Source: a virus. From it: 64,000 nt of DNA. The stretch is taken from the IMG/VR virus record IMGVR_UViG_3300034073_004654, positions 12,893-76,892 of that record; one strand, written 5' to 3'. Below the pieces are notes generated by a model. That model had not been told where the DNA came from. It made no database searches and saw nothing but the letters and a program-made list of their open reading frames with translations. The position numbers and the translations under genes are program-made. The number at the start of each line of letters is the position of its first letter. Positions within the stretch are counted from its first letter, which is position 1. This document shows positions 31,406-41,493 of this stretch, piece after piece.

Positions 31406-32773
31406 TTAAAATTCTCTGATTCGAGCTGGTGGCTTAACCGCAAGGGCTCTTGATGCTGCTTCTTCGAGATACTTTTTTAAATCTGGTTCAATATTTTTAA
31501 AAGAATTACCTTGTATTGCTCTGCTCATTTGATTTAAAAATGTAACTCCAAATAAATCGGATCCAGCCAGTTCAATCATTTGATTGATGCTCATTTGTTC
31601 ATTTGATTCAATATTTTTCTGCTCTATTTCCCTAGCCAAATTAATTATTGAAGATCCCAGCTTATTCATTTTAATGATCTCTGCGTAAATTTGGGAAATT
31701 TCTGATCTGGTTTTATTTTCCTTTATGATTTTCTCTTTAATGTTTTCTATTGAGTTTACTATTGATGATGAATGGCTCTTCATTTCTTGATATATTGTAT
31801 CTTTAGGTCTATTTAACCCAGGAGCACCAGCTTCTCCTTTTACTAAATATTTTTGCATTAAGTCATTAATTACTCTGCTATTATCTCTGCGTTCGGTGGC
31901 GGCTGCGGGAGTGGAAGAATTAGAGGGTGCGGTGCTTTGAGCGGGTTTTGCCCCTCTATAATATTCTAAATATTGTTGTCTCCATTCTTTGGAACCAAAG
32001 TCAGCCTTGCTTAATCTGGCTATTTTAGCTAAATTATTATAAATAGTAGTCCCTACAGAAGAAAGTTGTTTGTTTGTAGTTTCTAAAAACGCTTTATAAA
32101 ATGATGGTTTATCAGTTGGTGGGTTTGCAGAGCGATCATAAATTGATTTTAATAGCCTTGCTGCCATAAAGGCTGATTGCATATTATTAAATATTTGAGG
32201 GTTTATTTCTTTAAGATTTGAATTTCCATAGTTTGCCCACCAATTTTTTAATTGGACATAAACTTGCTTCCCATTTTCAGACCATGTTGGGTCAATTTTT
32301 CCTTTTGTAAAACTCAGCCCCGTAGTGGCTACATATTTAGCAGGCTCTAATAAAGAAGCTGCAATCTTGACTGCTGCCATTTTTGCTTTTTTAACATCCC
32401 CTGATTCTAATGCTTGTATTTGAGTTTCATTTTTTGGTGAAACTTTATTAGATGAAACTTTATTAGATGAAATTTCTTTAAATAGGTTAGGAAGATCTTT
32501 ATCAGAATAAAACTTTCCATTTGTAGGAATTGATTTAAAAGCATTGCTTTTTGTATCTCCTTTTACATACCAATATCCAGGATCTCCTAAAACCCAAAAA
32601 TAATAGATCTTATCTTTTATTAAGACCAAAGCCCCTCTGGTATTTCTTCCCGAAAATTCAAATCCAAAATCAGCCGCATATTGCCCAAGTAAAGACAAAT
32701 TAACATCTTTTAGTGGTGTATCTGCTTGTTGAGCCCATTTTAATAATTTTTTCATTCTTAATGAATAAGCCAT
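31406..32773 (-). CDS. leader-family-like large protein
   Basis: MAYSLRMKKLLKWAQ; AATA-N6-TATA at 32803-32816; internal KIA/SKA sites. Confidence 0.7.
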   Translation of the reverse strand: MAYSLRMKKLLKWAQQADTPLKDVNLSLLGQYAADFGFEFSGRNTRGALVLIKDKIYYFWVLGDPGYWYVKGDTKSNAFKSIPTNGKFYSDKDLPNLFKEISSNKVSSNKVSPKNETQIQALESGDVKKAKMAAVKIAASLLEPAKYVATTGLSFTKGKIDPTWSENGKQVYVQLKNWWANYGNSNLKEINPQIFNNMQSAFMAARLLKSIYDRSANPPTDKPSFYKAFLETTNKQLSSVGTTIYNNLAKIARLSKADFGSKEWRQQYLEYYRGAKPAQSTAPSNSSTPAAATERRDNSRVINDLMQKYLVKGEAGAPGLNRPKDTIYQEMKSHSSSIVNSIENIKEKIIKENKTRSEISQIYAEIIKMNKLGSSIINLAREIEQKNIESNEQMSINQMIELAGSDLFGVTFLNQMSRAIQGNSFKNIEPDLKKYLEEAASRALAVKPPARIREF

Positions 32774-32861
32774 GTATATTCCTCAAAGGTGTTATTATTC
32801 AATATATCTTAATATTGCAGCAATATATATTAATATTGCAACAACTTTGTTCAATTAGCTC

Positions 32862-32889
32862 TTGACACTTAATTATACCGCGCTATAGT
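32862..32889 (+). promoter_or_regulatory. sigma70-like promoter
   Basis: TTGACA-16-TATAGT. Confidence 0.7.
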
Positions 32890-33004
32890 ATATCTGCCTA
32901 GCGTAAGAATCTTTACGCTCAAGTAAAATCGTTGAACCAATTACAAATTCGTGTAAGTCAATTCAACATTATCAACAATATATAACAAATATTAAAGAGG
33001 TCAT

Positions 33005-33361
33005 ATGACAACATCAACTCGTTCACGTTCAACTCGCTCGACAGATTCATCAGAATCAACAACATCACGTTCAACTCGAACAGAACCTGCTTCACGCTCA
33101 ACTGCTCGTAAAACCGCTGCTAAAAAAACCACAAAACCTAAACCACCCAAAGATACCAAAAAACCCGTCAAACGTGCTTCTGGCACAGCCTCATCAGTGA
33201 CGAAACGAGCTACTAAAAAAGTAGCTTCAAAGTCAGCTCCTAAAGTAGCTCGTAAGACCGCTTCAAAAAGCCAAGACAAGGGCAAAGATGGCAAAAAGGG
33301 CGGCAAGGGAACCAAGAGCAAAGGTAAGCGAACAGAAACAGTTACTTCAACTGTAAGCTGA
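33005..33361 (+). CDS. histone H1-like / highly basic low-complexity protein
   Basis: Sequence dominated by K/T/S/R/A with TAAKK, KKVASK, ARKTA repeats; GAGG RBS. Confidence 0.7.
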   Translation: MTTSTRSRSTRSTDSSESTTSRSTRTEPASRSTARKTAAKKTTKPKPPKDTKKPVKRASGTASSVTKRATKKVASKSAPKVARKTASKSQDKGKDGKKGGKGTKSKGKRTETVTSTVS

Positions 33362-33696
33362 CTTTTTCCCTAATAATCATGCAGAGGAGAATAATTAAAC
33401 TCGTTCATTTGAAAAATAACTGGTGAAAATCCAGTCGCATGATATTTTTATGAAAATTAAACTATTAAATCCAATTCTTTATCTGATGGGCGACTATGAC
33501 GGCAAAACTGTTTATTTCGAATGCACCATGAAAGATCTTAGAGCCCCAGATAAAGAAGTTCAAATTTCTTGGATTGTTAACAGTGGAGAAGTTAAAGTAG
33601 ATTACATTCCCATTGGTTTAATTCAAAATATTCGGGAAGAAAAATTAAAGTAAATTTCATAATTTAAAATTATGATTTATATAGCATAATCATGCT

Positions 33697-34305
33697 ATGA
33701 TTTTAAAATCACGTCCTGGAAAATTAAATTTACCCTTAGTTTCTGCTCCTGCTCCAAGCTATTCTACTCCTGATACAAATTCAGAAAATTATAATAAAAA
33801 TAAATTACCCTCCGGATTAGAATCAGTTAAAATTTCTACTCCATCAGGATATACGGTTCCTTCTAGAATTCCTCCGGAAATTTTAGCCAAAGCTCAGTCT
33901 TTACTCAAAGCGAGAGCTTCAAAAAATTTACCATTTAATTATTCCGAAACTTTCTTCTTTGAAGAAGACGGAAAAATTAATGAATATCTTGCTTTGATTA
34001 CTTTGCATTTTGATAATCATCCCAAAAGATTTTTAGAATCTCTAGATGGAGAAAAAGAACCGCACCCGCCTTTTTGGCACCCTGGAGTTTCTATATTTAA
34101 AAAAATAAACGCTTCATCTTTAGAAGATAGAAAAAGAAAGAAAAAAATTAGAAAAGAAAAATCAAACAACTCCCTTCTGGAGGATGATTTAACAAAAAAT
34201 TTAGAACAATTTCTTGAAGAGAATTCTTCTTCAAATTTCAACGTTGAAAAACTTTCTTTCTTAGTTGAAGAGTTTAACAATTTAATTATTAAATTTTCAA
34301 AATAA
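33697..34305 (+). CDS. hypothetical protein with leader-like C-terminal helix
   Basis: Ends VEKLSFLVEEFNNLIIKFSK. Confidence 0.65.
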   Translation: MILKSRPGKLNLPLVSAPAPSYSTPDTNSENYNKNKLPSGLESVKISTPSGYTVPSRIPPEILAKAQSLLKARASKNLPFNYSETFFFEEDGKINEYLALITLHFDNHPKRFLESLDGEKEPHPPFWHPGVSIFKKINASSLEDRKRKKKIRKEKSNNSLLEDDLTKNLEQFLEENSSSNFNVEKLSFLVEEFNNLIIKFSK

Positions 34306-34307
34306 TT

Positions 34308-34673
34308 ATGACTGAATGGCAAGATAATCTTAAAAAGAAATATCCTTTAACCTTATCTCATCTAGGATATTTTGAATGTGATGAAGGTTGGTCATCTATT
34401 TTAGACGATCTTTGTTCAGTTATAGAAAACCATCTCAAGCATCAAAAGATTGAAGAGCACTATGCCGTTCAAGTAAAAGAAAAATTTGGCGGACTTAGAT
34501 TCTATATGAGTTCATATGATGAATTTATTGAAGGTGCTATTACTTTAGCTGAAAAACAATCCGTTCATATTTGTGAAGTTTGCGGTAATTCTGGTAAAAC
34601 AGAAAATCTAAAAGGCTGGTCTAAAACTCTTTGTTTAGAGCATTTAAACCAATTAAAAAAAGATGATCGATAA
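34308..34673 (+). CDS. conserved hypothetical phage protein
   Basis: C..GW...QVKEKFGGLRFY...CE.CG. Confidence 0.75.
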   Translation: MTEWQDNLKKKYPLTLSHLGYFECDEGWSSILDDLCSVIENHLKHQKIEEHYAVQVKEKFGGLRFYMSSYDEFIEGAITLAEKQSVHICEVCGNSGKTENLKGWSKTLCLEHLNQLKKDDR

Positions 34674-35367
34674 TTTTGAAACCAACATCAAAAGCATTAA
34701 GAAATTAATCTCTGTTATCTCTGGCAGAGATTCCGATGTAACCATTACTTATAAAGGCAATAGTTATGGAATTACTAAATGCTGGAACATTAAATGCGAT
34801 AATCGAGAATTAAATCACGAAAATTATCAATTGGGCGCAGAAGAATTAGTTGCAACTCTTAAAAAGGAATTGCAAGACAAAATTAATTCTGCCGAGCAGC
34901 AAGCCGCTAATTACCGTCAACTTCTTGGTGAACTAAGCAATTAATTTCAATGATGGCGATAATTTTGCATATTATTGATGTGGTGGGCATGGTTCCTCCT
35001 TCTAATAATATCATTTCTACCTTTGTTGTTAGATTGGCGGAATAGCTTATTAATATTATTATTCGTTCCTTTAATTATAGAATTTTATCTTTGCTATTGT
35101 AAAAAATAATTTCCATTGAGTTAATTAAAAGATATTATGATTTGATATATATTTTGAGGTAAATTATGATTGGATATGTACGACAATTAGATCTAGATGG
35201 AACTTTAAGAATTAGAGAATCGGATTATTCTTATTCTCCAACATTATTTGAAGGTAAATTTGATAGCAGCAATGTAGAAATTTTAACAGAAGCTTTTAAA
35301 AAAAGTTTGCCAGTAGAATTTGATGTTAAAGATGGCTGTTTAGTTTCGGCTAAAATCTTTAAACATC

Positions 35368-35769
35368 CTAAGATTTACTGATTCTTTTATCTAGTCTTTT
35401 TTCTTTAGCAATTTTCCAAATTTCTTCAAAGGTTTTTTCTTTTTTAAGAATTTGGCTAATATATTCGTCTATATTTACAGAATATTTGGTAAACGATCCG
35501 CCATGACCTATTCTTAGGTGGCACTCTTGAGTGCTCATACATAACGTAATTAAATTTTTAGGGTCTAATTCTAATTCTGGATAATCATCAAATGGCAACT
35601 TGTGATGCACTTGCAATCTTATTTTAGATCCGCAAGCGGCACAATGATTATTCTTTAGAAGAAATTCTTCTCTAACTTTCCTCCAATGTGGCGAACGTTT
35701 TTTTGTACTATGTAAATCTCTGGTGGCGTTTTTTAATAAGCTCCACCCATATTTAATAGTTTTAATCAT
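35368..35769 (-). CDS. HNH endonuclease
   Basis: W...R...C..CG....LQVHH..P...P.L..D..NLITLC...CH. Confidence 0.8.
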   Translation of the reverse strand: MIKTIKYGWSLLKNATRDLHSTKKRSPHWRKVREEFLLKNNHCAACGSKIRLQVHHKLPFDDYPELELDPKNLITLCMSTQECHLRIGHGGSFTKYSVNIDEYISQILKKEKTFEEIWKIAKEKRLDKRISKS

Positions 35770-35777
35770 TTGTTAGT

Positions 35778-36389
35778 TCAATAATATTTATTTTTTGATC
35801 TAACTTTCGCTGCTTCTGTATTGGGGACTATTGGTTTTTTGCTTCTTTTTTTCTTTTGGTCGGTAGCTTTTCTTTGTTTTGGAGTTAAGCTACGCCATTT
35901 CTTCTCTGGAAGATATCTGCCTTTGGCATCATTGGAATCTAACAAAATATCATTTGCTTTATTTTTATCTTTTTTCTTAGATTTTTTCTTGTAATCAGAA
36001 AGATACATCCATTTTTGCTTGGTCCACTTTTTCATTTTATTAGTTCTGGCGGTGGGTTTTTTACCACGATAACCGCCTCCACGTTGTTTATAAAGTTTAG
36101 TGGCAAGCTGCATTGCTCTGGCAGAATGTTTTCCGCCCATTCTAGATTTGGCTTCGCTTTTACACTTTGCCCATAAAGAAGGATTGGTTTTTGTGGCAAT
36201 TCCAGATTTTTTCTTTTGCTTCTTTTTAGCAGATTTAAAAATCTCTTCTTTTTTCATTTGGGCTTCGATTTGTTTTAAATCATCTAACAAATCTGAATAA
36301 GCCATTTCTTCTTGATATTTGTCTTTATAAATATCTGCCACTTCTTTAACGCTAAGGTCTCTAGATTGAGTGAATTGCTTAAAAGACAT
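35778..36389 (-). CDS. DUF5872-like basic protein
   Basis: P.LW.....G.HSAR..QLA...YK..GGGY.G, KW..QKW, RYLP...W..LT. Confidence 0.6.
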   Translation of the reverse strand: MSFKQFTQSRDLSVKEVADIYKDKYQEEMAYSDLLDDLKQIEAQMKKEEIFKSAKKKQKKKSGIATKTNPSLWAKCKSEAKSRMGGKHSARAMQLATKLYKQRGGGYRGKKPTARTNKMKKWTKQKWMYLSDYKKKSKKKDKNKANDILLDSNDAKGRYLPEKKWRSLTPKQRKATDQKKKRSKKPIVPNTEAAKVRSKNKYY

Positions 36390-36401
36390 TTTGTTCCGTT
36401 A

Positions 36402-36893
36402 TTAAAATCTTTTTCTTTGTTTTAGATATTCTTCCCGCAATTCTTTAGAAGAAAAATCTGTTTTATAATATTTTGAAGCTCTTATAATTTTCTCTGATGC
36501 TTTCAATGACGAATCTTTAATTGCGTTAGAGAGTTCTTCCCAATAACCCTGCCAAGACTCGGGCGATCCTTCATGCCAAGGAGTGCTTTGAAACAATTCA
36601 AATGCTTCTTTAGCTTTATTCATTTCTTCAAAAGCTTGATTTAAAAGCTTAGCTACTTCAGATCCAGCAGCAGATAACTTTGAATAAGATGTTAATTTCC
36701 ATTCTTTTAAAGAACGATAAATAAATTTTCCACTTTTACTCCACTCTGTAAAGTTCCACTCTTCCCCCATAGTATCGGGTGGAAGATTTTTCATGTTATT
36801 AATGACTTTAATATGAGGCATCAATGAATTAATAATTTTCATTGTTTGACTTGGTATATTTTCTAACATTGCTAATTTAATATTTTTATTCAT
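36402..36893 (-). CDS. leader-family-like protein
   Basis: MNKNIKLA; AATA-N6-TATT at 36914-36927. Confidence 0.6.
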   Translation of the reverse strand: MNKNIKLAMLENIPSQTMKIINSLMPHIKVINNMKNLPPDTMGEEWNFTEWSKSGKFIYRSLKEWKLTSYSKLSAAGSEVAKLLNQAFEEMNKAKEAFELFQSTPWHEGSPESWQGYWEELSNAIKDSSLKASEKIIRASKYYKTDFSSKELREEYLKQRKRF

Positions 36894-37012
36894 ATCTGTT
36901 CTCACTATATCATAATATGATAATATTGAGCGAAACTATCTTCTTAATGTGCTTGACATTAAATTGTTGCGCCTTATCTTGTTGTGTGTAAGTTGGTTTG
37001 CCAAGGAAAATT

Positions 37013-37600
37013 ATGAATACTCTAGAAAGAATTAAGAATGCATGTGATTGGGTCAATGCCAAGGGCAAGGGATCTAAGGATACTACTAAAGTAACTACTC
37101 AAGTAAAGTGGGCAGATTGGGAGCGTAAGTGGTTTTCGCCTGCGATGGCAGTTCTTTGGTATTCGGAAGTTCATCAGTCTGGCGAAAATGCTTACGATAC
37201 TTTTTGGATTCCAAATAATGCCACTTGGATTAGCAAGGTAGCTTCTTATCTTGAAGTTACTGAAGAATGGGTAGAGACATTTGTTAATCAATGTTATGGC
37301 AAGTGTCCTTCTGAGCAATATACATTTAGCATTACTTTTGATGGATTGGGACCAGATCCTTCCGGCTCATACAATAATGTTAGCTTGAAGAATCCTAAGT
37401 TTGAATTTCAAAAGGTAAATACTAATGTAGAAATGCTTGAAGAAGTCAGGTATTGTCTTGAGAATTACGGAGATATTTCATCGGGGGTTTCGGTTCCTTA
37501 TTGGACCAAGAACCCCCCAATTGAAGTATATAAGGGCAAGCTAATGAAGGCTGCTTATGAATTATTTGCGGCTATGGAAGCTTGCAATCATAATGATTAA
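37013..37600 (+). CDS. hypothetical early protein
   Basis: Promoter TTGACA-16-TATCTT at 36953-36980; AAGGA RBS. Confidence 0.7.
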   Translation: MNTLERIKNACDWVNAKGKGSKDTTKVTTQVKWADWERKWFSPAMAVLWYSEVHQSGENAYDTFWIPNNATWISKVASYLEVTEEWVETFVNQCYGKCPSEQYTFSITFDGLGPDPSGSYNNVSLKNPKFEFQKVNTNVEMLEEVRYCLENYGDISSGVSVPYWTKNPPIEVYKGKLMKAAYELFAAMEACNHND

Positions 37601-37605
37601 TTAAA

Positions 37606-38142
37606 TCAATCTTCTTCGTCATCTTCCTCGTCATCTTCTTCAATTTCTTTAAAGAAAACGGCGATGCCTCCTTCATATGCTGAATTTACTATATTGTAAT
37701 CAATATTATCAAGTGGGACATATTCTACATACATATCTTGATCGCTATATGTAGTATATTTTTTTAATAAACTTAAAGCATATGCCTTTTGCTCTTCAAT
37801 GCTTTTATATGGTTGTTCCGTAAACATGCCAAATCTAAAAACAAATGTCGGTTTTTTGCTGAAATAATTAGCGTCTGGTATTGCCATTGTAGATTCAATG
37901 ATGCATACTGGTGCGTCTGATCTGGGTGGCTTACCTTTTTGAGGTTTAAATACAGACTGCCTAGGAAATACAGTTTTAATTATATTTTTAGTAGATGGGT
38001 CTAAAAGTCCCACCCAAGAATCAAATATAGCTTTTTGCTGACCTTCGTCTTTGACCTTTGGAAGCTTTGCTATTTTTGTTAAGTATTCACTTGTTCTTCT
38101 TAATAAAAGATCGGAAGCTTTATTTAAAAAATCATATTTCAT
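37606..38142 (-). CDS. leader-family protein with acidic tail
   Basis: ...LLLRRTSEYLTKIA; AATA-N6-TATA at 38176-38189. Confidence 0.7.
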   Translation of the reverse strand: MKYDFLNKASDLLLRRTSEYLTKIAKLPKVKDEGQQKAIFDSWVGLLDPSTKNIIKTVFPRQSVFKPQKGKPPRSDAPVCIIESTMAIPDANYFSKKPTFVFRFGMFTEQPYKSIEEQKAYALSLLKKYTTYSDQDMYVEYVPLDNIDYNIVNSAYEGGIAVFFKEIEEDDEEDDEED

Positions 38143-38963
38143 ATTTAATTTCCTCTAGGCAATTATAACCGCTAATATATTTAATTATTATTATGTGCGA
38201 TAATATCCTATAATTATATAGGATATTTGTGAAGCTTCCATATGAATATGTTTCAAAACATGTAGAACTCTTATATCAAAAACAATTTAAATCTCATCAG
38301 ATTAGTGAAATTAATCAATGGTGTGATTTTATAATTGGATATATTGAGCTATGTGGCTGGACTACGGAAGAATATATAATTGCTATGTTTGAAGAATTAA
38401 GGAAAAAGCAAAAACCTCCTTAATATGAACCCTTGACAAGATAAAGAAGATGATTAAGCTAGGGTGGTCAAGGGCAACGGCTCATCAAATATGGAGTAAT
38501 TATGGATCTTAAAAGTTTAATCAATAAAAGCATTGAAACAAACAAGCCTGTAAAACTTTCGCCAAAGTTAACCTTGGCGGCGCAACAAAAAAACAATCAA
38601 GTTCTCGTAAAGTTAAGTATGCGTGGAAATTTAATTTGGACAGACTCTAATACACTGGATAAGATTACAGAAGATTTAGCAATTGAAATTGATAATTACG
38701 AGTGAATTTAATTATGAGTAAGCGTCGAAATTCTAATATGGACAATTTTAATGATGACTTTCAAAATCTTGATTTCAAAGATGATTTCTTTGAAGATCGA
38801 GAAGAAAACTTTGGGCGCAAGTTTCGAGAGAAAAATCTAAGAGACTTTAAGAAAGAGCGTCGTCGTCAAAAAGAATCATGGTAACAGTTGATGTGAAACT
38901 AACTACAATTTGACTCTTGACGCTATTAAGTTGATGGTTATCTTGTAATCAGAGGCAAGAGCT

Positions 38964-39302
38964 ATGCGTATTTGTATTGAGTGTGAAATTGAATTTGATG
39001 AGCGTTCTCCTGAAAAGCGCAGGGTTGGTGGATTGATTTCTTGTTGCCCAGATTGTAGCAAGGAAACTACTATTAAATATGCTGGTGTGCAAGCCGCTGA
39101 TGGCAAGCAGGCTCAAGCTACTATTTTGAAATTTAAGTCTGAGCAAGATAAGAAACAATATATTAATTTCTGGCAAAATAACAGTGGTTTCCATAAAGGA
39201 AAAAGTTGCCAGTTAGGAGCGCATCTTTCCACTACTCCTAACATAAGTTTTCAAACTATTACAGCCTTTAATCCTACTAATCATAAAGGCAAAGCTCTGT
39301 AA
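38964..39302 (+). CDS. zinc-ribbon protein
   Basis: CIEC...CPDC; promoter at 38917-38944. Confidence 0.65.
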   Translation: MRICIECEIEFDERSPEKRRVGGLISCCPDCSKETTIKYAGVQAADGKQAQATILKFKSEQDKKQYINFWQNNSGFHKGKSCQLGAHLSTTPNISFQTITAFNPTNHKGKAL

Positions 39303-39314
39303 CTAAAAATAATT

Positions 39315-39350
39315 AAAATCCCCAGGAAAAATCCTGGGGATTTTTTTATT
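39315..39350 (+). terminator. intrinsic terminator
   Basis: AAAATCCCCAGGA-aaaa-TCCTGGGGATTTTTTT. Confidence 0.85.
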
Positions 39351-39393
39351 TCCAGTTTAATAATATTAAGATATATTTGCATCGGAATAAAAT

Positions 39394-40329
39394 ATGAATA
39401 AATACGAAAAAATACTTTTATCATGTGCTGCCTTTGATGAAATGATAAAACGAGCCGTCAGACGGACTTTATCTACACCCGTTTCTCCTAGACCTTCATT
39501 TAGGGCTCCAAGGTCCAGCCCTCCAAGCATTCCGGTATTAGATCCTCCAACAATTAGAACGCCATCAAGTCGAGCACCTACAACCACTTTAGATGGAGGT
39601 CCTCCAACAGTTGTGGATAGTCGCCCACCTATGTCCTCTCCTGTTTCATCTCAATCAGCCGCAACAGTTGTGGATAGTCGTCCCCCTATTTCATCTTCTA
39701 TGTCATCTCCTTCTCTTGTTCCGCCTGCTAGTAAAGTTCCACCAGCGGCAGCCACTGCTTTGAAAACTAGATTGAGAAGTCTTTTAACTAGCGGCTTAAC
39801 TGGTGGCAAAGACTTATTCTCAAAGAATCCCAAAAAAGCCGCAGCAGCAGTTTTATTAGGTGGCGTTGCACTTATTTATTATGCTTTAAAAGGAAAATCT
39901 CCCTCAACTGACAATGAAGAAATGAAAGAAGTTATTGATATTGCGATAAAAAACAATCTATCAGAACTTCCAAAGCCTGCCGAATTATTTAACAAATTAA
40001 ATGATATTAATTCTTTTTTCCAAGAAAAAGCTGCTAAAAATACAAAAATTGCAGAGAAGTTTGGGGTATACATAGAGAAGACAAGTGATATAATTAATGA
40101 TTTAAATTCATTATCTAATATTCAATTAGATGTTAATAATACGCAATCTGTTGTTAATTTCATTAAAGAATCTAAAAGAATGGAACCTAAGTTGGGTGAA
40201 TATCTTGCCATTTCAAAATTAACTCAAGATAAGATTGTAATGCCAGAGTTAAACCAAGAAATTGGTGAAGTTAATTCCATGTTAGAACAATATCAAGTTC
40301 TTTTTAGCCAAGTCAAAAATATAAGTTAA
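39394..40329 (+). CDS. leader-family protein with Pro/Ser region and TM helix
   Basis: ...AAFDEMIKRA; AAAAVLLGGVALIYYAL; AATA-N6-TATA at 39362-39375. Confidence 0.75.
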   Translation: MNKYEKILLSCAAFDEMIKRAVRRTLSTPVSPRPSFRAPRSSPPSIPVLDPPTIRTPSSRAPTTTLDGGPPTVVDSRPPMSSPVSSQSAATVVDSRPPISSSMSSPSLVPPASKVPPAAATALKTRLRSLLTSGLTGGKDLFSKNPKKAAAAVLLGGVALIYYALKGKSPSTDNEEMKEVIDIAIKNNLSELPKPAELFNKLNDINSFFQEKAAKNTKIAEKFGVYIEKTSDIINDLNSLSNIQLDVNNTQSVVNFIKESKRMEPKLGEYLAISKLTQDKIVMPELNQEIGEVNSMLEQYQVLFSQVKNIS

Positions 40330-40335
40330 GAAGTT

Positions 40336-41481
40336 ATGAAAAAAATAAAAAACATATTAGATCAGTCGATTGAATTTGAATCTATAGTTAAAAAAGCTTT
40401 TTGGAAGTCATTTAAAAGTCTTGTGACTGGGACTCGACCTATGAGAGTTCCCCCTGGAGGAACTAGACCAATACCTAGAAGGGTTCCACAAGGCTTTAAT
40501 GTTATGGAAGCAACGCCTACCGGACCAGTGTTAAAAAGAGGAATAAAAGAAATCAGTCCAGGAGTTTATGAATTAGAACCGGGATTTAAAATAAATCAAA
40601 CTGCTGGAACAATAGAACCAATTAAGCCAAGTTTGCCACCTGGATATTCTCCTGAATCTGGAGGAATGTTAGCTAAATTGACTGATGCTGAATTATTAAG
40701 TTTATATGATACAGACTTAAAGCAACTACAATTTAAAATTTCAGATTTAGACAAATTGCCCGATGCCTGGAAAAAGCCCGATGGTAGTGATATAAATCTA
40801 ACCCCGGAACAAATCGCAACAGTGCAATCAGAAGTTCGAATTCAAAATCAAAAAATCAGAGATAAAATAAAAGAATTAAAAAAAATAGATCGCAGCACGG
40901 TTCGAGGTGAAGCTTGGTCTGAATTAAAAGGTTCTAAGGGATTTAAATTTACCGCTGGTACGAGTGCTTTAATTGGTCTTGTTACAATTTATAAATTATT
41001 TTCCAATGACGATCCAAAAACGGATAGCGATGAAAAGAAAAACGTCATCAATAAAAGTCCTTTATCAAGTTATTTGGCAGGAGCACCAAACTCATTAGAA
41101 GTGATTAAGAATTTAAATTCGCTATTAGCAATTTTAAATTCTGTCATGAATCAATCAGGTGAGCTTCGCTCACAAGATCTTGCTACGCTAAATAATTTTA
41201 TTAGAGAAACTAGAACGGCTAAAAGATCCATGGAAAATTTTGCTAAATTAAAATTAGATTTAGATGATATGAATTCAGTTCAGCAATATATAATAAATTT
41301 AAATTCTTTAGAAGAAGCATTAATGAAATTTAATGTTACATTGATGGATATATCTGATATTGCTGCCAAATCAAGAAATATGAAACTATTAAGCATTGTC
41401 AACCAATTAGATGAAGCTTTTTCTGAATATTCCAATATAATCACAAAGGCAAAAAGCTTATCAGCTTCTGACAATATTTAA
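40336..41481 (+). CDS. leader-family protein with TM-like helix, paralogue of 39394
   Basis: ...IEFESIVKKA; AGTSALIGLVTIYKLF; LDLDDMNSVQQYI vs LDVNNTQSVVNFI. Confidence 0.75.
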   Translation: MKKIKNILDQSIEFESIVKKAFWKSFKSLVTGTRPMRVPPGGTRPIPRRVPQGFNVMEATPTGPVLKRGIKEISPGVYELEPGFKINQTAGTIEPIKPSLPPGYSPESGGMLAKLTDAELLSLYDTDLKQLQFKISDLDKLPDAWKKPDGSDINLTPEQIATVQSEVRIQNQKIRDKIKELKKIDRSTVRGEAWSELKGSKGFKFTAGTSALIGLVTIYKLFSNDDPKTDSDEKKNVINKSPLSSYLAGAPNSLEVIKNLNSLLAILNSVMNQSGELRSQDLATLNNFIRETRTAKRSMENFAKLKLDLDDMNSVQQYIINLNSLEEALMKFNVTLMDISDIAAKSRNMKLLSIVNQLDEAFSEYSNIITKAKSLSASDNI

Positions 41482-41493
41482 TAAGAAAAAATT

